A stretch of 64,000 bases of DNA from a virus, in the IMG/VR virus record IMGVR_UViG_3300005821_000002, positions 32,487-96,486 of that record; one strand, given 5' to 3'. Below the pieces are notes generated by a model that saw only the letters and a list, made by a program, of their open reading frames with translations, did no database searches and was not told the origin of the DNA. Positions 43,034 through 53,912 of the stretch are shown here, piece after piece (within the stretch, counting starts at the first letter, position 1; each line of letters opens with the position of its first letter). The translations under genes and the position numbers were made by a program.

Positions 43034-43528
43034 ATGACAACGACAGTAAATCTTTCATATATGATTCCAAGGCTTAGGCTTCATTTGGGTGATATTGATC
43101 CCGATAGTTACAGACACTTAGACGAATGGCTTAGATTATCGTTGGTTGTGAGTGTAGAAACATTACAAACGTGGTGGAACTATAAGTATTTGATTGATGA
43201 TAATAACGATGTGTACCGAAACTCTAAAATTAGGTTTTTACACTCACAGCCTCCAGTAATACAGAGGGCTGATATAAAACCAATCATTTTAATGGCAGCC
43301 ATTATAATCAAATCGGGAGATTTAGAAAACTTTTCATGGAACGTTGGAGCTTGGCGTGATGCTGAGATTTCATATTCCAATATTGAAGGAAGTCGAAGAA
43401 AAGGTGATATGTTAACAAGAGATTGGGAGGAATTGACTAGTATCCTGAAACCTCCTCAAAAGAGGCTTGCAGAGTCAACTAAAGGACATTTGCCAGGATA
43501 TGTGGGTAATCCATTTGAACACGACTAA
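43034..43528 (+). CDS. head-tail adaptor
   Basis: RLRLHLGD motif; position. Confidence 0.6.
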   Translation: MTTTVNLSYMIPRLRLHLGDIDPDSYRHLDEWLRLSLVVSVETLQTWWNYKYLIDDNNDVYRNSKIRFLHSQPPVIQRADIKPIILMAAIIIKSGDLENFSWNVGAWRDAEISYSNIEGSRRKGDMLTRDWEELTSILKPPQKRLAESTKGHLPGYVGNPFEHD

Positions 43529-43540
43529 CGGAGGTCTAGG

Positions 43541-44812
43541 ATGTCAGAAGGTAAGGTAAGAATACTATGGGTAAGTGATGGTGAGGCACCTACAGGTTTT
43601 TCAAGAGTGGCACATAATTTAATTGGAAATTTGAATTCTAAAAAGTATGATATTCATCATCTAGCTATAAATTATCGTGGCGATCCTCATGAAAACTGGT
43701 GGAAGTTATACCCAGCAGCAACAGGAGGAGACTTGTGGGGGTTTGGTAGATTTATTAATATGATACGGTTTATTCAACCACATGTGATCTTTTTGTTGAA
43801 TGACCCTTGGGTTCTACAACAATATTTAGCAAGCATGATTCAAGCAAAGGGAGAGCTACCTGGAATTGAAAATATTCCTGTAGTTACTTACTTTCCCGTT
43901 GATGCTAAAGAACACGATCCTACATGGTTCAGAGATTATGCAGAATTAGTAGATAAGATTTGTGTATATACAAAATGGGGTAAGGATGTAATTTTGGAGA
44001 CTGGTTCAATAAATCCAACACTGGTTGATATTTTACCACATGGAGCAAGTTCAAACTTATTCTATAAGATTCCAGATGTTACAGAAGGAAAGAAGGTACT
44101 AAAAACAGGAAGACAAGTAGCTAGAGAAGCTATCTTTCCTTTGAAGGGAAAGCCAGAATTTCTAAATTCTTTCATTGTGCTTAATGCTAATAGAAATCAA
44201 CCACGAAAGAGAATTGATATTACACTAAAAGCCTTCTCAGAATTTGCGAGAGGGAAACCTAAAAATATAAAGCTGTACCTTCACATGGGAGTGAAGGATA
44301 TGGGGTGGGATATTGTACGTCTTGCACAGAGATATGGCTTCGATGAGAGACTAGCAATTAGTTCTTCTAATCCGAGTTTACCCCACGTTCCTGATGATAG
44401 GCTAAATCTAATCTACAACGCTTGTGATGTTGGTTTACAAACAAGCATGGGAGAAGGTTGGGGCTTGACATCGTGGGAACACGCGGCTACAGGAGCACCT
44501 CAGATTGTACCTGACCATTCAGTACTGCCCGAAATTTGGGGTGATGCAGCAATGTACATACCTACAATTGCTGACCATGTTTACGAGGGCACTCATACTG
44601 TTGGCAGGGTTCCAAGTACAGATGGCTTAGTTGAAAAACTAGAAGAGGCATATCAAGATTGGAAAACCGGCGGCGAGATGTTAAAGGGTTTGGGTGAAAA
44701 AGCTATTGCCGTTACTAAGAAACCCAAATATCAATGGAAAAATATCGCCAAGAAGTTAGATAAAATATTCGATGAAGTAAAAGGTACTAATGTCAATACA
44801 CTGGCCGGATAA
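43541..44812 (+). CDS. glycosyltransferase family 4
   Basis: TGFSRV, NRNQPRKR, YNACDV, GEGWGL..WE. Confidence 0.9.
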   Translation: MSEGKVRILWVSDGEAPTGFSRVAHNLIGNLNSKKYDIHHLAINYRGDPHENWWKLYPAATGGDLWGFGRFINMIRFIQPHVIFLLNDPWVLQQYLASMIQAKGELPGIENIPVVTYFPVDAKEHDPTWFRDYAELVDKICVYTKWGKDVILETGSINPTLVDILPHGASSNLFYKIPDVTEGKKVLKTGRQVAREAIFPLKGKPEFLNSFIVLNANRNQPRKRIDITLKAFSEFARGKPKNIKLYLHMGVKDMGWDIVRLAQRYGFDERLAISSSNPSLPHVPDDRLNLIYNACDVGLQTSMGEGWGLTSWEHAATGAPQIVPDHSVLPEIWGDAAMYIPTIADHVYEGTHTVGRVPSTDGLVEKLEEAYQDWKTGGEMLKGLGEKAIAVTKKPKYQWKNIAKKLDKIFDEVKGTNVNTLAG

Positions 44813-45236
44813 CACGACTGATATTATAGACGATATAAGGGATGCCATTGGTAGGAATGTCACCATATACACAACAGTATCTGGTATACCATGTCCTGCT
44901 TCAGGTTGTAGCTTGGACCCTGTTACTAATTTATCGGTAAATCAATTCTGTATCACATGTAGCGGAGATTATTGGATAGATACTGCATCCGGTGTTACAG
45001 TCACTGCACACGTTCGAATGAAAAACGTAGACGTTCCTGTTTGGACTGTAGGCGGATTTATTGTAGACGGTGATGCTCAGATACAAGTGAAGTACACCGT
45101 AGCAGCAGTATCAGCCATAGAAGGTGCAGAATATTACGAGGTTGATGGAAAAGAGTTTATTCAAAAAGACTTATCATTCAGAGGAGTTCCCACTGTAAAC
45201 AGAATTGTGGTTACACTGGTAGAAAAGGAAGGTTAA
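44790..45236 (+). CDS. head closure/neck protein
   Basis: CP...C...CITCSG pattern; position. Confidence 0.55.
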   Translation: MSIHWPDNTTDIIDDIRDAIGRNVTIYTTVSGIPCPASGCSLDPVTNLSVNQFCITCSGDYWIDTASGVTVTAHVRMKNVDVPVWTVGGFIVDGDAQIQVKYTVAAVSAIEGAEYYEVDGKEFIQKDLSFRGVPTVNRIVVTLVEKEG

Positions 45237-45237
45237 G

Positions 45238-45471
45238 ATGGATTCGGAAATTACTATTGAAGGTTTGGATATGATTGATGTTGTTCGCTTCATCAGTCGT
45301 AAGAAAGATAAATTCATCGCTATTGGACTTGCTGATTTAGAAGAAGTAATGGACAAAGATAGCAATGAATATAAATTTGTGAGGAAACTATTCTTAGATG
45401 CTTTCAACGATTACACACGATCAATTATGAGAACACTATTTGGTAACGTTGAAGGCTTAACGATGAAATAA
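45238..45471 (+). CDS. hypothetical protein
   Basis: Packed ORF. Confidence 0.6.
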   Translation: MDSEITIEGLDMIDVVRFISRKKDKFIAIGLADLEEVMDKDSNEYKFVRKLFLDAFNDYTRSIMRTLFGNVEGLTMK

Positions 45472-46268
45472 TGGTAACAAGAGAGTATACACCAACATAT
45501 ATTCCATCACTCACACATAAGTCAAGAGAGTGGGCAAGTATATTTCAAATGAGGTCAGAAGAAGCCACTAAACGATTATACCCCATAGCTCTCGGTGAGG
45601 TTTTAGATGTTATTGTAAGTATCATAGAAGAAGAACTAGAATATGCGATAAATAGTTCAAATGAGTATGATAGATATCAATGGATGTTGGGAGCACTAAA
45701 AGATAAATTAGCTGTTCCAGAGGCAATAGTATTAGACAGTAATACTGGTAGAATCTATTTACGGGGTGGTTTTGAAAATTTAGGTGGGGATTCTGGTGAT
45801 TTTTGGGATGGTGTAGAAGCTGTACGAGCTGATTTGAGAGAGGATTCTGAGAGTACAAAAGTATTATCAGCTGCTCAAAAAGCCGCTTTCTGGGCAAACA
45901 AAGTGTGGCCTAGTGATTACTACTATAGTAGAACAATGGCTGCACGACGTAGATATTGGGGAGATTTAACTCCTTGGTGGATATGGTTAGACTCTGGAAA
46001 CAGTGACTCTACATATGCTTATCCTACAAGTGGTGCAACATATTTTGTTGATAAGGCAGAGGGTCGTGCAAATGAAGTTTTTGAATTAGCGTTAGACGAA
46101 ATGGCTAATGAAGCAGAAAATATCGTTTATGAGGCAGTTGATTTGTATATATCGGACCCAGATTCATTTCAACCATTTGATGTTTTAGCATCATTCTGGG
46201 AACAAGGACGACCTTATGAAGTGTATATAACAGAAACAGGTAGAATAGGTACCCGCTTAGGACGTTAG
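45471..46268 (+). CDS. putative neck/tail completion protein
   Basis: Position; PWWIWLDSG. Confidence 0.45.
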   Translation: MVTREYTPTYIPSLTHKSREWASIFQMRSEEATKRLYPIALGEVLDVIVSIIEEELEYAINSSNEYDRYQWMLGALKDKLAVPEAIVLDSNTGRIYLRGGFENLGGDSGDFWDGVEAVRADLREDSESTKVLSAAQKAAFWANKVWPSDYYYSRTMAARRRYWGDLTPWWIWLDSGNSDSTYAYPTSGATYFVDKAEGRANEVFELALDEMANEAENIVYEAVDLYISDPDSFQPFDVLASFWEQGRPYEVYITETGRIGTRLGR

Positions 46269-46277
46269 GAGAAATGA

Positions 46278-46730
46278 ATGTTTATTGAAAGACTACAAGA
46301 CCTAAGTATATTTCATTGGTTGCAGGATGATATCCTGGTTACTTATACAACGGTTAAGGTGAACGACGGCTTTCCACAAGAAGACTTACAAATTCCTTCA
46401 GTCTCGGTTGAATCACATGATATTCGTCCTAGACAAAAGGAGTTGGGTAATAGAAAAAGTAGACGACAGCGAATGTGGACTATAGAAATAATTGCGTCTA
46501 ATAAAGCCCAAAGAGATGAGCTTACGTCTATTGTTTTAGAAGACTTGGAATATGGAATTCCCGTTTATGATTATAATGAGGGTTTTCCACCATCCATTTC
46601 CCCAACGGAATTAGGGCTATTACGTCCTATAGATTGGGAAGTGAGGACGGTAAGGATTTTTCCAGACTTGGTTGAGAAGTTGTACTGGAGAAACACTATA
46701 AGATTTTTTACAGAATATAACGCAATTTAG
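46278..46730 (+). CDS. tail terminator-like protein
   Basis: Size, position before tail tube. Confidence 0.55.
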   Translation: MFIERLQDLSIFHWLQDDILVTYTTVKVNDGFPQEDLQIPSVSVESHDIRPRQKELGNRKSRRQRMWTIEIIASNKAQRDELTSIVLEDLEYGIPVYDYNEGFPPSISPTELGLLRPIDWEVRTVRIFPDLVEKLYWRNTIRFFTEYNAI

Positions 46731-46741
46731 GAGGAAGTTAG

Positions 46742-47932
46742 ATGGCTAGAAGAGTAGCAATACCATCTAAGCACGTCCAATTAAAACTAGTTGGCGAAAG
46801 GGATTCGTTAGTAATTCCAAGAATTCAGCGTTTGTCACTTAATGCAGATAGACCATCAACTGATATTGATGAGTTAGGTAACAGACTACACGCTGGAACT
46901 GTGGAAGATGTTCCTAACGTAACTGCGACATTCCAGGCGATGGATGTTGGTATCAAACTGTTCTCAATTTTGACAGGTACAGATGCCACTTCTTACCCTG
47001 CGTCAGGTGTGAGTATTTCTGAGATTGGTGAGGTAGACCTTATCGCAGCAATCAAAGATTACACAGTGGAAGATTATGTGAAATTTGCTCATGCTCGTAA
47101 ATGTACTGTTCGTGATTTTTCATTCAACTATTCAGTTGATGGAGAATCAACCGAAGAGTATACACTAATTGGTACGCAGAAACGTTGGTTCAAGAATGAT
47201 GTTGTTGTTGATAAGTTCATTACTGGAACAGATTCATTCACACTCAATGAGACACCTGTGGCATTGAAGAATGGAAATGATTGTTTGACAGTAATTATGG
47301 ATGGTGTGTATCTCGAAGAGGTTGCATCATCACCAGCAACGGGTGAATATGAAGTAACAGGTACAACCCTGTCAACTTTTGACACTCGTACAAGTCAAGT
47401 ACTAGCGATTTACCAAGCAACGCCAACAGGAACTAACTGGAGCGATGTAGACGATGACACAATGCCAGCCGCTATCCGTGGTTTAGATGTACCCGTAGTA
47501 TTACTGGCAAATGGTATTGACAGAGTACAATCAGTTACGCTGAATGGTACTTTCAATCCTGAAACAGTACGTGAAATGGGTAACCGTGATGTTGTTGGTT
47601 ATCAGTTACAAGTTCCTAGTGTGACAGGTACTATCACAGTGCTTGACACCGATACAGAACTTGTTTCTCTGTTCACAACTGGAGAATTGAACCCAGCAGA
47701 CACAGAATTTCAGGCTTCAGAGTATACAGCGTCTGGTATCAGTTTGGACATCAAGATGCAAGACCCTACTGATAAAGTAGACCCGTTTACTATTTTGAAA
47801 ACTGTATATATACCTACGATAATCGTAACAAGTGATGGGTTCACATCAAACGTGAATGCCAACGCACAACAGACATTTGATATTAAATCAGAAGATGGTG
47901 ACATTCAAGTTTTCGAAGGCGAACGTTCATAA
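46742..47932 (+). CDS. major tail (tube) protein
   Basis: Two tube-like repeats (RIQRLS..DELG / RVQSVT..REMG); strong RBS. Confidence 0.7.
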   Translation: MARRVAIPSKHVQLKLVGERDSLVIPRIQRLSLNADRPSTDIDELGNRLHAGTVEDVPNVTATFQAMDVGIKLFSILTGTDATSYPASGVSISEIGEVDLIAAIKDYTVEDYVKFAHARKCTVRDFSFNYSVDGESTEEYTLIGTQKRWFKNDVVVDKFITGTDSFTLNETPVALKNGNDCLTVIMDGVYLEEVASSPATGEYEVTGTTLSTFDTRTSQVLAIYQATPTGTNWSDVDDDTMPAAIRGLDVPVVLLANGIDRVQSVTLNGTFNPETVREMGNRDVVGYQLQVPSVTGTITVLDTDTELVSLFTTGELNPADTEFQASEYTASGISLDIKMQDPTDKVDPFTILKTVYIPTIIVTSDGFTSNVNANAQQTFDIKSEDGDIQVFEGERS

Positions 47933-47963
47933 TTTTCTGAATACATAGCCAAAAGGGATTACA

Positions 47964-48005
47964 AAAGGGGCTACATACAATCATTGATTGGTATGTGGTC
48001 CCTTT
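47964..48005 (+). terminator. long hairpin after tail tube gene
   Basis: AAAGGGGCTACATAC...GTATGTGGTCCCTTT. Confidence 0.55.
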
Positions 48006-48027
48006 CCTTAATTATAGGAGCGGAGAA

Positions 48028-48762
48028 ATGAAAAATGTAGAAAGAAATGACGTAGATATTACCAAACTTTTTAGGTACAAGACAGAAGTTGAGGTAAAGG
48101 ATGAAATGACCGGTGATAGTGGTAAGTTTTACTTACGTATTATCGGTGATGCTGATTTAAATAGAGCAAGAGTATTTGGTCTACGTAAAGCAGCACAGTT
48201 GCGAAAGGAATTAAAAGACCCAGAATCAGAAATAAGAGAAGCCTATATTACAGAGTTCACAGATGTTGTTTCAAATGAACTATTAATAGAGAGTATTCTT
48301 ATCATGAGAACTGGAGAAATGCAACGGGAAATTGTAAATATGACGGATGTTCCTGAACCTAAAGTCCCTAAGAGCACTGCACCACAGGAAAAACAAGAGG
48401 CTTTTCAATTAGAAGTAGATTCTTATGAAGAAAGATATCGTAAAGAATATGGAAAAAATGCTAAAAAAATAGAAAAGAGAGAAAGAAAAGCTTTTGAAGG
48501 TATTGATGCTACAGAGCTTTATGCACTATATGAAGGAACGGTCATTGATAGAATGTGTACAGAAGAAATGACCACAAGATACTATGAAATGTGTGTTTTC
48601 ACGGGTACATATGGTGATCCTGATTATAAAAAAAGAGCTTTTGCTGATTTTGAAGAGTTTGACAACGCATCATCTCATTTGAAAGATAGATTGATGGAAC
48701 AATACAGACACTTAGAACTTGGAATGTCAGAACTAAAAAAATTACCAGAAGCAACGGAATAG
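48028..48762 (+). CDS. tail assembly chaperone (gpG-like)
   Basis: Between tube and tape measure; slippery site near end. Confidence 0.7.
   Translation: MKNVERNDVDITKLFRYKTEVEVKDEMTGDSGKFYLRIIGDADLNRARVFGLRKAAQLRKELKDPESEIREAYITEFTDVVSNELLIESILIMRTGEMQREIVNMTDVPEPKVPKSTAPQEKQEAFQLEVDSYEERYRKEYGKNAKKIEKRERKAFEGIDATELYALYEGTVIDRMCTEEMTTRYYEMCVFTGTYGDPDYKKRAFADFEEFDNASSHLKDRLMEQYRHLELGMSELKKLPEATE
48735..48741 (+). other. programmed -1 frameshift site A-AAA-AAA
   Basis: -1 frame is open from here into ORF 48774..49037. Confidence 0.75.
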
Positions 48763-48773
48763 CAAGTTTATGG

Positions 48774-49037
48774 ATGGTTTACAAAAATAGCCATCTTCCG
48801 TTGCATGAGGGTTTACCTCCAGTAGATGAATTACCTTGGACAATTAGTTACGTAATGAAGAAAAGAACACAAATTGATTCTTTCAACGAATTACCAAAAG
48901 AAAAGCGCCCACCAGATAGTATATTATGGTATGGGACTCCCGAAGAATTAGATATTTGGTTCGACAAAGTGCTTGATAGAAAGGAAACACCGGGCCAAGA
49001 AGTTATATTAGATATTAGAGAAGACGAAATAGGATAA
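48774..49037 (+). CDS. tail assembly chaperone frameshift extension (gpT-like)
   Basis: -1 frame relative to upstream gene. Confidence 0.65.
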   Translation: MVYKNSHLPLHEGLPPVDELPWTISYVMKKRTQIDSFNELPKEKRPPDSILWYGTPEELDIWFDKVLDRKETPGQEVILDIREDEIG

Positions 49038-49044
49038 TATACAA

Positions 49045-52000
49045 ATGTCACCAGTCAGAGGAACAGCGGTTGCCGGAAACCAGGGCCAACGTGTACAAGC
49101 ATCTATGAGAGCGCTTGTAAAAGAGTTGCAAGCTATTGCTACTCAGGCCAATCTTACGGACGATCAATTAGAACGATTTGAACAAATATTAAATACCATA
49201 AGTGGTGCCAGTGGTCAATTTGCTCCTAAAATGGCAAAAGTAGCTTCAGCTATCAACGAGATGGCTGGGGCATTGGCGTCTGCTGGTTCTCCTAACCGTG
49301 TTACTCAAATCAATGCTGTAAGACAAGCACTATTTCAATTAGCTAAAGATTATGAAAGGGTAGGAACTGTCCAGCGTCAAATGCAAATGATTTCTGGACT
49401 ACCGCCACAAGAAAGATTAAGAGCCGGTATGGAATACCGGAGTGAATATCAAACACAAGCTGGTTATTTGCAAAAAGCTGCCATGACTGCTCAACCACAA
49501 GACTTGGCAGGTCAATCAGCAGCAGCAATACGAGATCAAATTGGTGCTAGAGCAACCGCACTACGACTTGCTGATGAAATGCAGAATAAACTTCTCCAAC
49601 AGTCTGTTGAAGAAAAGAAAATAACCATAGAAGTAGAAAGACGTGCTACCGCAGAACAACAAACTATTGTGGCTCTTCAACAAGCTGTAGAACTTCGTAG
49701 AGAGGGATTTAGACAATCACTTACTGGAAGGAGGGGTTTACAAGAACGTATGACAGAGGGAAGACCATTAGGTGTTGCTGCTGGTGAGGGCAGACTTGGG
49801 GCACTCTCTGATGAAAAGTCCATTGGACAAATTCTTCAAAAGTATCGTGGTTTTATTGGTACTGATGTTGGTGTAGAAAATCTTCGTAAAAGAATGGAAG
49901 CTCTTGGAATTACTAATGCAAGGGTAACATCTGCAACGGAGGAACTATCCACTGGTGTTAGAACGTTTGGGTTTGCTATTGATAGAAATGATGGTTCTGT
50001 AGCGAGAGCTACGGTAAGAATGGATCGTTTCGGTAACATAATGAGAGATGTTGGTACTAGATTTAGAAGTTGGTCATCTGCCATTAGTAATAACCTGATA
50101 AAAGTTGTACAATGGGGTCTAGCAACAGGTGTGGTATATGGAATTATGAGAGGGTTCCGTCAAGTACTAAAGGAAATAATTGACATAGAAAGTGAATTAG
50201 CCAATGTACAAATTGCATTAGGAAAAGGTGCTGGCGATTTAAATACAATATTCAAAGAAGCAGCAGAAGTAGCCAATCTTACAAGTTCAAGTGTAAAAGG
50301 TGTAATAGAAGGTTATACATTAGCTTACCAAGCTGCTGGTGAATTTGAAGACCCAACGTTGAGAGCAGCCGCTGCAAATAATCTATTACAAGAATCTATG
50401 ATCCTTGCAACACTTTCAGGCACAAATCAAGCTGAAGCAATGGATACACTTGTTGGTGCTTTACGTCAGACGGGTCAAGAACTTACAGACGGGCGTGAGC
50501 TATTAGATAGATGGGTAGCAGTATCCCGTGAATCTAATGTATCATTGAATACACTAGCACAAACTTATGCTATTGTAGGAGCTACAGCAAAAGGTCTTGG
50601 TCTATCATTTGAAGAATTGAACGCTCTTACAGCCACACTAGCGGAAGCAACTGGTTTATCAGCAACAGAAACTGGTAATGCTATCCGTGGTATTGTGGCT
50701 GGTTTTCAAACAGCTCAAGCTGAAAAGGTTCTGGATAAGTTTGGTATTGAAACTAGAAAGGCTACGGGAGAGCTTCGTAACTTCTGGGATTTGTTAAATG
50801 AGGTTTCATTCTTGTTGCAAAGTGGTGCTATTTCGGGAGCAGAACTTACAGAGATTGCAAACGCTATTGGTGGAGGTTATCGTCGTGGTGCTCAAGTACA
50901 AACAATTCTTGAGGGTATGTCTAGAGCACAGCAACTTGTAGGAGTGCAGATGAATGCTTCTGGAGAAGCTGCTGATGCACTTGATACAAAGATGGCAACA
51001 TTACAATCTGCAATAACTCGATTGGGAAATGCATTTACTAATCTTGCACAAGGTTTAGGAGATGAGGGTGGTTTTCTAGGTGCGTCTAGAGGAATCGTAG
51101 AAGTTCTGACACTCTTTGTGAATGTTTTAGACAGCTTAGTTTCTGGCTTGGGTAAAGCCACACCACTGTTGTTAACATTTGGTGCTGCTTGGTTAGCACT
51201 TCAAAGTGGGCAAGGGAAAGCACTGTTAGGAAGACCGGCTGGAGGACTTCTCACAGGAGCTGCAAGAGCGGTTGCACCACAAGGTTCAAATCTAATACAA
51301 GATCGTTTAGGTGGACAGTATGGATTTGCAGCCGGATATACTAGAGGTGGTGCCGCTGGTGCAATACGGGGTGGTGTACAAGCAAAATTAGGAGGAATAG
51401 ACCCTCTTTCATTAATGGCCGCAGTTGGGCCTGCATTACTTACTATAGCAGATACTATAAAAAAACCAGCCGGTGAGCAGGTAGAAGGGTATGAAAAAGC
51501 TGGTGTTCAGATCGCAGGAGGTATCGCAGGAGCACTTATTGCTGGTCCTATAGGTGCTATTCTTGGTAGTACAATCGGTGGTGCATTTGCTGACGCTGTA
51601 CTTGATGAAGACAGAGAGATTGGTGGTCGTTTAGCAGAACACTTCTTGAGAGCTTCTGAAGATGGTGATAGGGATGAGCCTAGAGCAACATTAAATGAAG
51701 AACTTACACGCTCATTACACCCTCTTGTACGATTAGGTGCTGACCTTGCTTCATTTTCAGCTCGTATAGTAGAATGGGTTGGACCAGCAAGAGGGAGTGG
51801 AATTGGTCAAACACCAGACGAAGTATTTGAATCTGAAGATGTTCTTATTGGTTTATTACAGGGTCAAATTGGTTCAGGTCTAATTCAGGGACTAATTACT
51901 GATGAACAACGAGCACAGTTTGAAGAACTTTGGGGTGAAATGATTCAGGAGGGAATAGAAGCAGGTGATATTAGTGGTCCATTCAGAAAATCGGTTCAGG

Positions 52001-53547
52001 AAGGTATACCAGAAATTGAGAGCACAGCAGAAAATGTAGTGAAGGCATTTATAGAAGAATCTCAAAGACAGTTTGTATTAGGTGATATAGATGTAAGTGA
52101 TATGTTTGGTATATCTGAACTTTCTGTTCAAACAGTAGCCCCAGCACTCTCTCAATTGAAAGAAGCGCTTTCTTTGGCGGGAGTTGATATAGGAGTTAAT
52201 GAGTTAACAGATAGTTATCTAGACTTAGATGACGCATCTAGGCAATTACTTGATACATCATCTAGGCAAGTAATTTCAGCGGCTGACCAATTAGATTATT
52301 TGAAAGACCATGTTCTAAGAACAGATGAAGTTTCAGATGCAACAGTAAAATACAACACTGCTTTAGCGAACCTTGCTGTTCTACAACAAGTGATTTCACA
52401 ACGCCAAGTACTAGCAAAAGTTGATGAACGTCCCGTTGTTGATCTTGGTAGACTAACACCACAACAAATACAACAGGTTAGAATAGAAGCTGATAGGGTA
52501 CGTGATCAGTACGCCAGCGCTTTTGCAGATGGTGATGAAGAAGGAGCAGCATTATGGATTGAGGCTATGGGTGATGTTCTTATTACTGAAGGTGAGGGTA
52601 TTGGTAAGGCATTTTGGGGTGAATTCTTTGATCAAGACCCAGAATATATCAAAACTGCAATTGAAAACTTAGGATTAGAAGATGCCATAAAGGAAGCCAC
52701 ACAATTTGGTTTACGTGACTTACGTGATCAGTTAGGAGTAGCCGACTTCCCAGCTTTGATGCGTAGATACGAACAAGTAAAAGGTACAATAACTAGTGTA
52801 TTCCCAGATTACGATGTACAAGAAGAACCACAGGGCTTGATTTTGAAGGATGGTTTTAGAACAATACATGCTGACATGACACTATTCAATCTAGCTATGC
52901 AAGATTTGATTGATGTAAATGAACAGCAATTAGAGGGTGTGTGGAACTTACCATCGGGAATGACAGCAATGGTCGCTTGGAGTTCCTTATTCTCACGTGA
53001 TATATCATCAGGAAGTTCTGCTGCATTTCCGTTTGAAATGGGAGATGGTACCGGAATAGTTGAAACAGCGGGTGGTAGAGCAACACCACCACCAAGCGGT
53101 GAAATATTCACAGATGCTAATATGACTCCTGAGTTACAAGCGTTGAAAGATAAAGTTGATAGATTGGATGCCTTAGTTGAACTTGGTGCTAGAGAAGCTG
53201 GAGTTGGAGTACAAGATTACGCAGCACTAAAAGATGACGCAGAGGTAGCACGTGGGGATTATATGGCAGCTTTTTACCAAGCTGTTAAAGAAACAAATCT
53301 TGGTGCAGGGGGAGTTGGTACAGGAGATTTAACTGCACAGGAACCAGTAACCACTGAAAGTATTGTACAGAGCTTTCAAGAAGCATTTCAATTAGAAAAT
53401 ACGATAGAACTAAATGCAAGTATTAGACTAGTAGTAGACGGTAGAACACTAGCCAGCGTTGTAAAGCAATATCTGTTTGAGGACTTAGTACAAGCCGCAG
53501 ATAGATCGCTTGGTGGTGGTAGTGGCTACGTAATAGAGGCTGAATAA
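49045..53547 (+). CDS. tail tape measure protein
   Basis: 1500 aa Ala/Gly-rich helical, TP901-type core (ATETGNAIRGI). Confidence 0.92.
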   Translation: MSPVRGTAVAGNQGQRVQASMRALVKELQAIATQANLTDDQLERFEQILNTISGASGQFAPKMAKVASAINEMAGALASAGSPNRVTQINAVRQALFQLAKDYERVGTVQRQMQMISGLPPQERLRAGMEYRSEYQTQAGYLQKAAMTAQPQDLAGQSAAAIRDQIGARATALRLADEMQNKLLQQSVEEKKITIEVERRATAEQQTIVALQQAVELRREGFRQSLTGRRGLQERMTEGRPLGVAAGEGRLGALSDEKSIGQILQKYRGFIGTDVGVENLRKRMEALGITNARVTSATEELSTGVRTFGFAIDRNDGSVARATVRMDRFGNIMRDVGTRFRSWSSAISNNLIKVVQWGLATGVVYGIMRGFRQVLKEIIDIESELANVQIALGKGAGDLNTIFKEAAEVANLTSSSVKGVIEGYTLAYQAAGEFEDPTLRAAAANNLLQESMILATLSGTNQAEAMDTLVGALRQTGQELTDGRELLDRWVAVSRESNVSLNTLAQTYAIVGATAKGLGLSFEELNALTATLAEATGLSATETGNAIRGIVAGFQTAQAEKVLDKFGIETRKATGELRNFWDLLNEVSFLLQSGAISGAELTEIANAIGGGYRRGAQVQTILEGMSRAQQLVGVQMNASGEAADALDTKMATLQSAITRLGNAFTNLAQGLGDEGGFLGASRGIVEVLTLFVNVLDSLVSGLGKATPLLLTFGAAWLALQSGQGKALLGRPAGGLLTGAARAVAPQGSNLIQDRLGGQYGFAAGYTRGGAAGAIRGGVQAKLGGIDPLSLMAAVGPALLTIADTIKKPAGEQVEGYEKAGVQIAGGIAGALIAGPIGAILGSTIGGAFADAVLDEDREIGGRLAEHFLRASEDGDRDEPRATLNEELTRSLHPLVRLGADLASFSARIVEWVGPARGSGIGQTPDEVFESEDVLIGLLQGQIGSGLIQGLITDEQRAQFEELWGEMIQEGIEAGDISGPFRKSVQEGIPEIESTAENVVKAFIEESQRQFVLGDIDVSDMFGISELSVQTVAPALSQLKEALSLAGVDIGVNELTDSYLDLDDASRQLLDTSSRQVISAADQLDYLKDHVLRTDEVSDATVKYNTALANLAVLQQVISQRQVLAKVDERPVVDLGRLTPQQIQQVRIEADRVRDQYASAFADGDEEGAALWIEAMGDVLITEGEGIGKAFWGEFFDQDPEYIKTAIENLGLEDAIKEATQFGLRDLRDQLGVADFPALMRRYEQVKGTITSVFPDYDVQEEPQGLILKDGFRTIHADMTLFNLAMQDLIDVNEQQLEGVWNLPSGMTAMVAWSSLFSRDISSGSSAAFPFEMGDGTGIVETAGGRATPPPSGEIFTDANMTPELQALKDKVDRLDALVELGAREAGVGVQDYAALKDDAEVARGDYMAAFYQAVKETNLGAGGVGTGDLTAQEPVTTESIVQSFQEAFQLENTIELNASIRLVVDGRTLASVVKQYLFEDLVQAADRSLGGGSGYVIEAE

Positions 53548-53912
53548 TGTCTTCAATTTGGAAACTAGATGGACAAGATATATACGTAGATCAGTTTAAT
53601 CAAGCTGGTAAAGGGGAATCAGCAGAACTAAACCCTTTGAACTCCACAGCTAGTATTCATCACAAGATTTTTGAAGCTGATGATGAATTACAGTTTCAAG
53701 GAACGGTGATAGGAGAAACTTATGAAGGAAATATACGGGATACCTATCTATCAGAGGTCACACTTATCAGTGATTTGGCTTCAGGTGGCTATACTGTTTA
53801 CGTCACTAATGTACAGTCCGTCAGACTCCAGTCATTTTCTCAATTTGTAGATTATGCACAAGCAGTGACCGCACCAGTTTATAGAATTACAGTGACCGCC
53901 AAGGTTGTATAA
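53547..53912 (+). CDS. distal tail-like protein
   Basis: Position after tape measure. Confidence 0.5.
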   Translation: MSSIWKLDGQDIYVDQFNQAGKGESAELNPLNSTASIHHKIFEADDELQFQGTVIGETYEGNIRDTYLSEVTLISDLASGGYTVYVTNVQSVRLQSFSQFVDYAQAVTAPVYRITVTAKVV

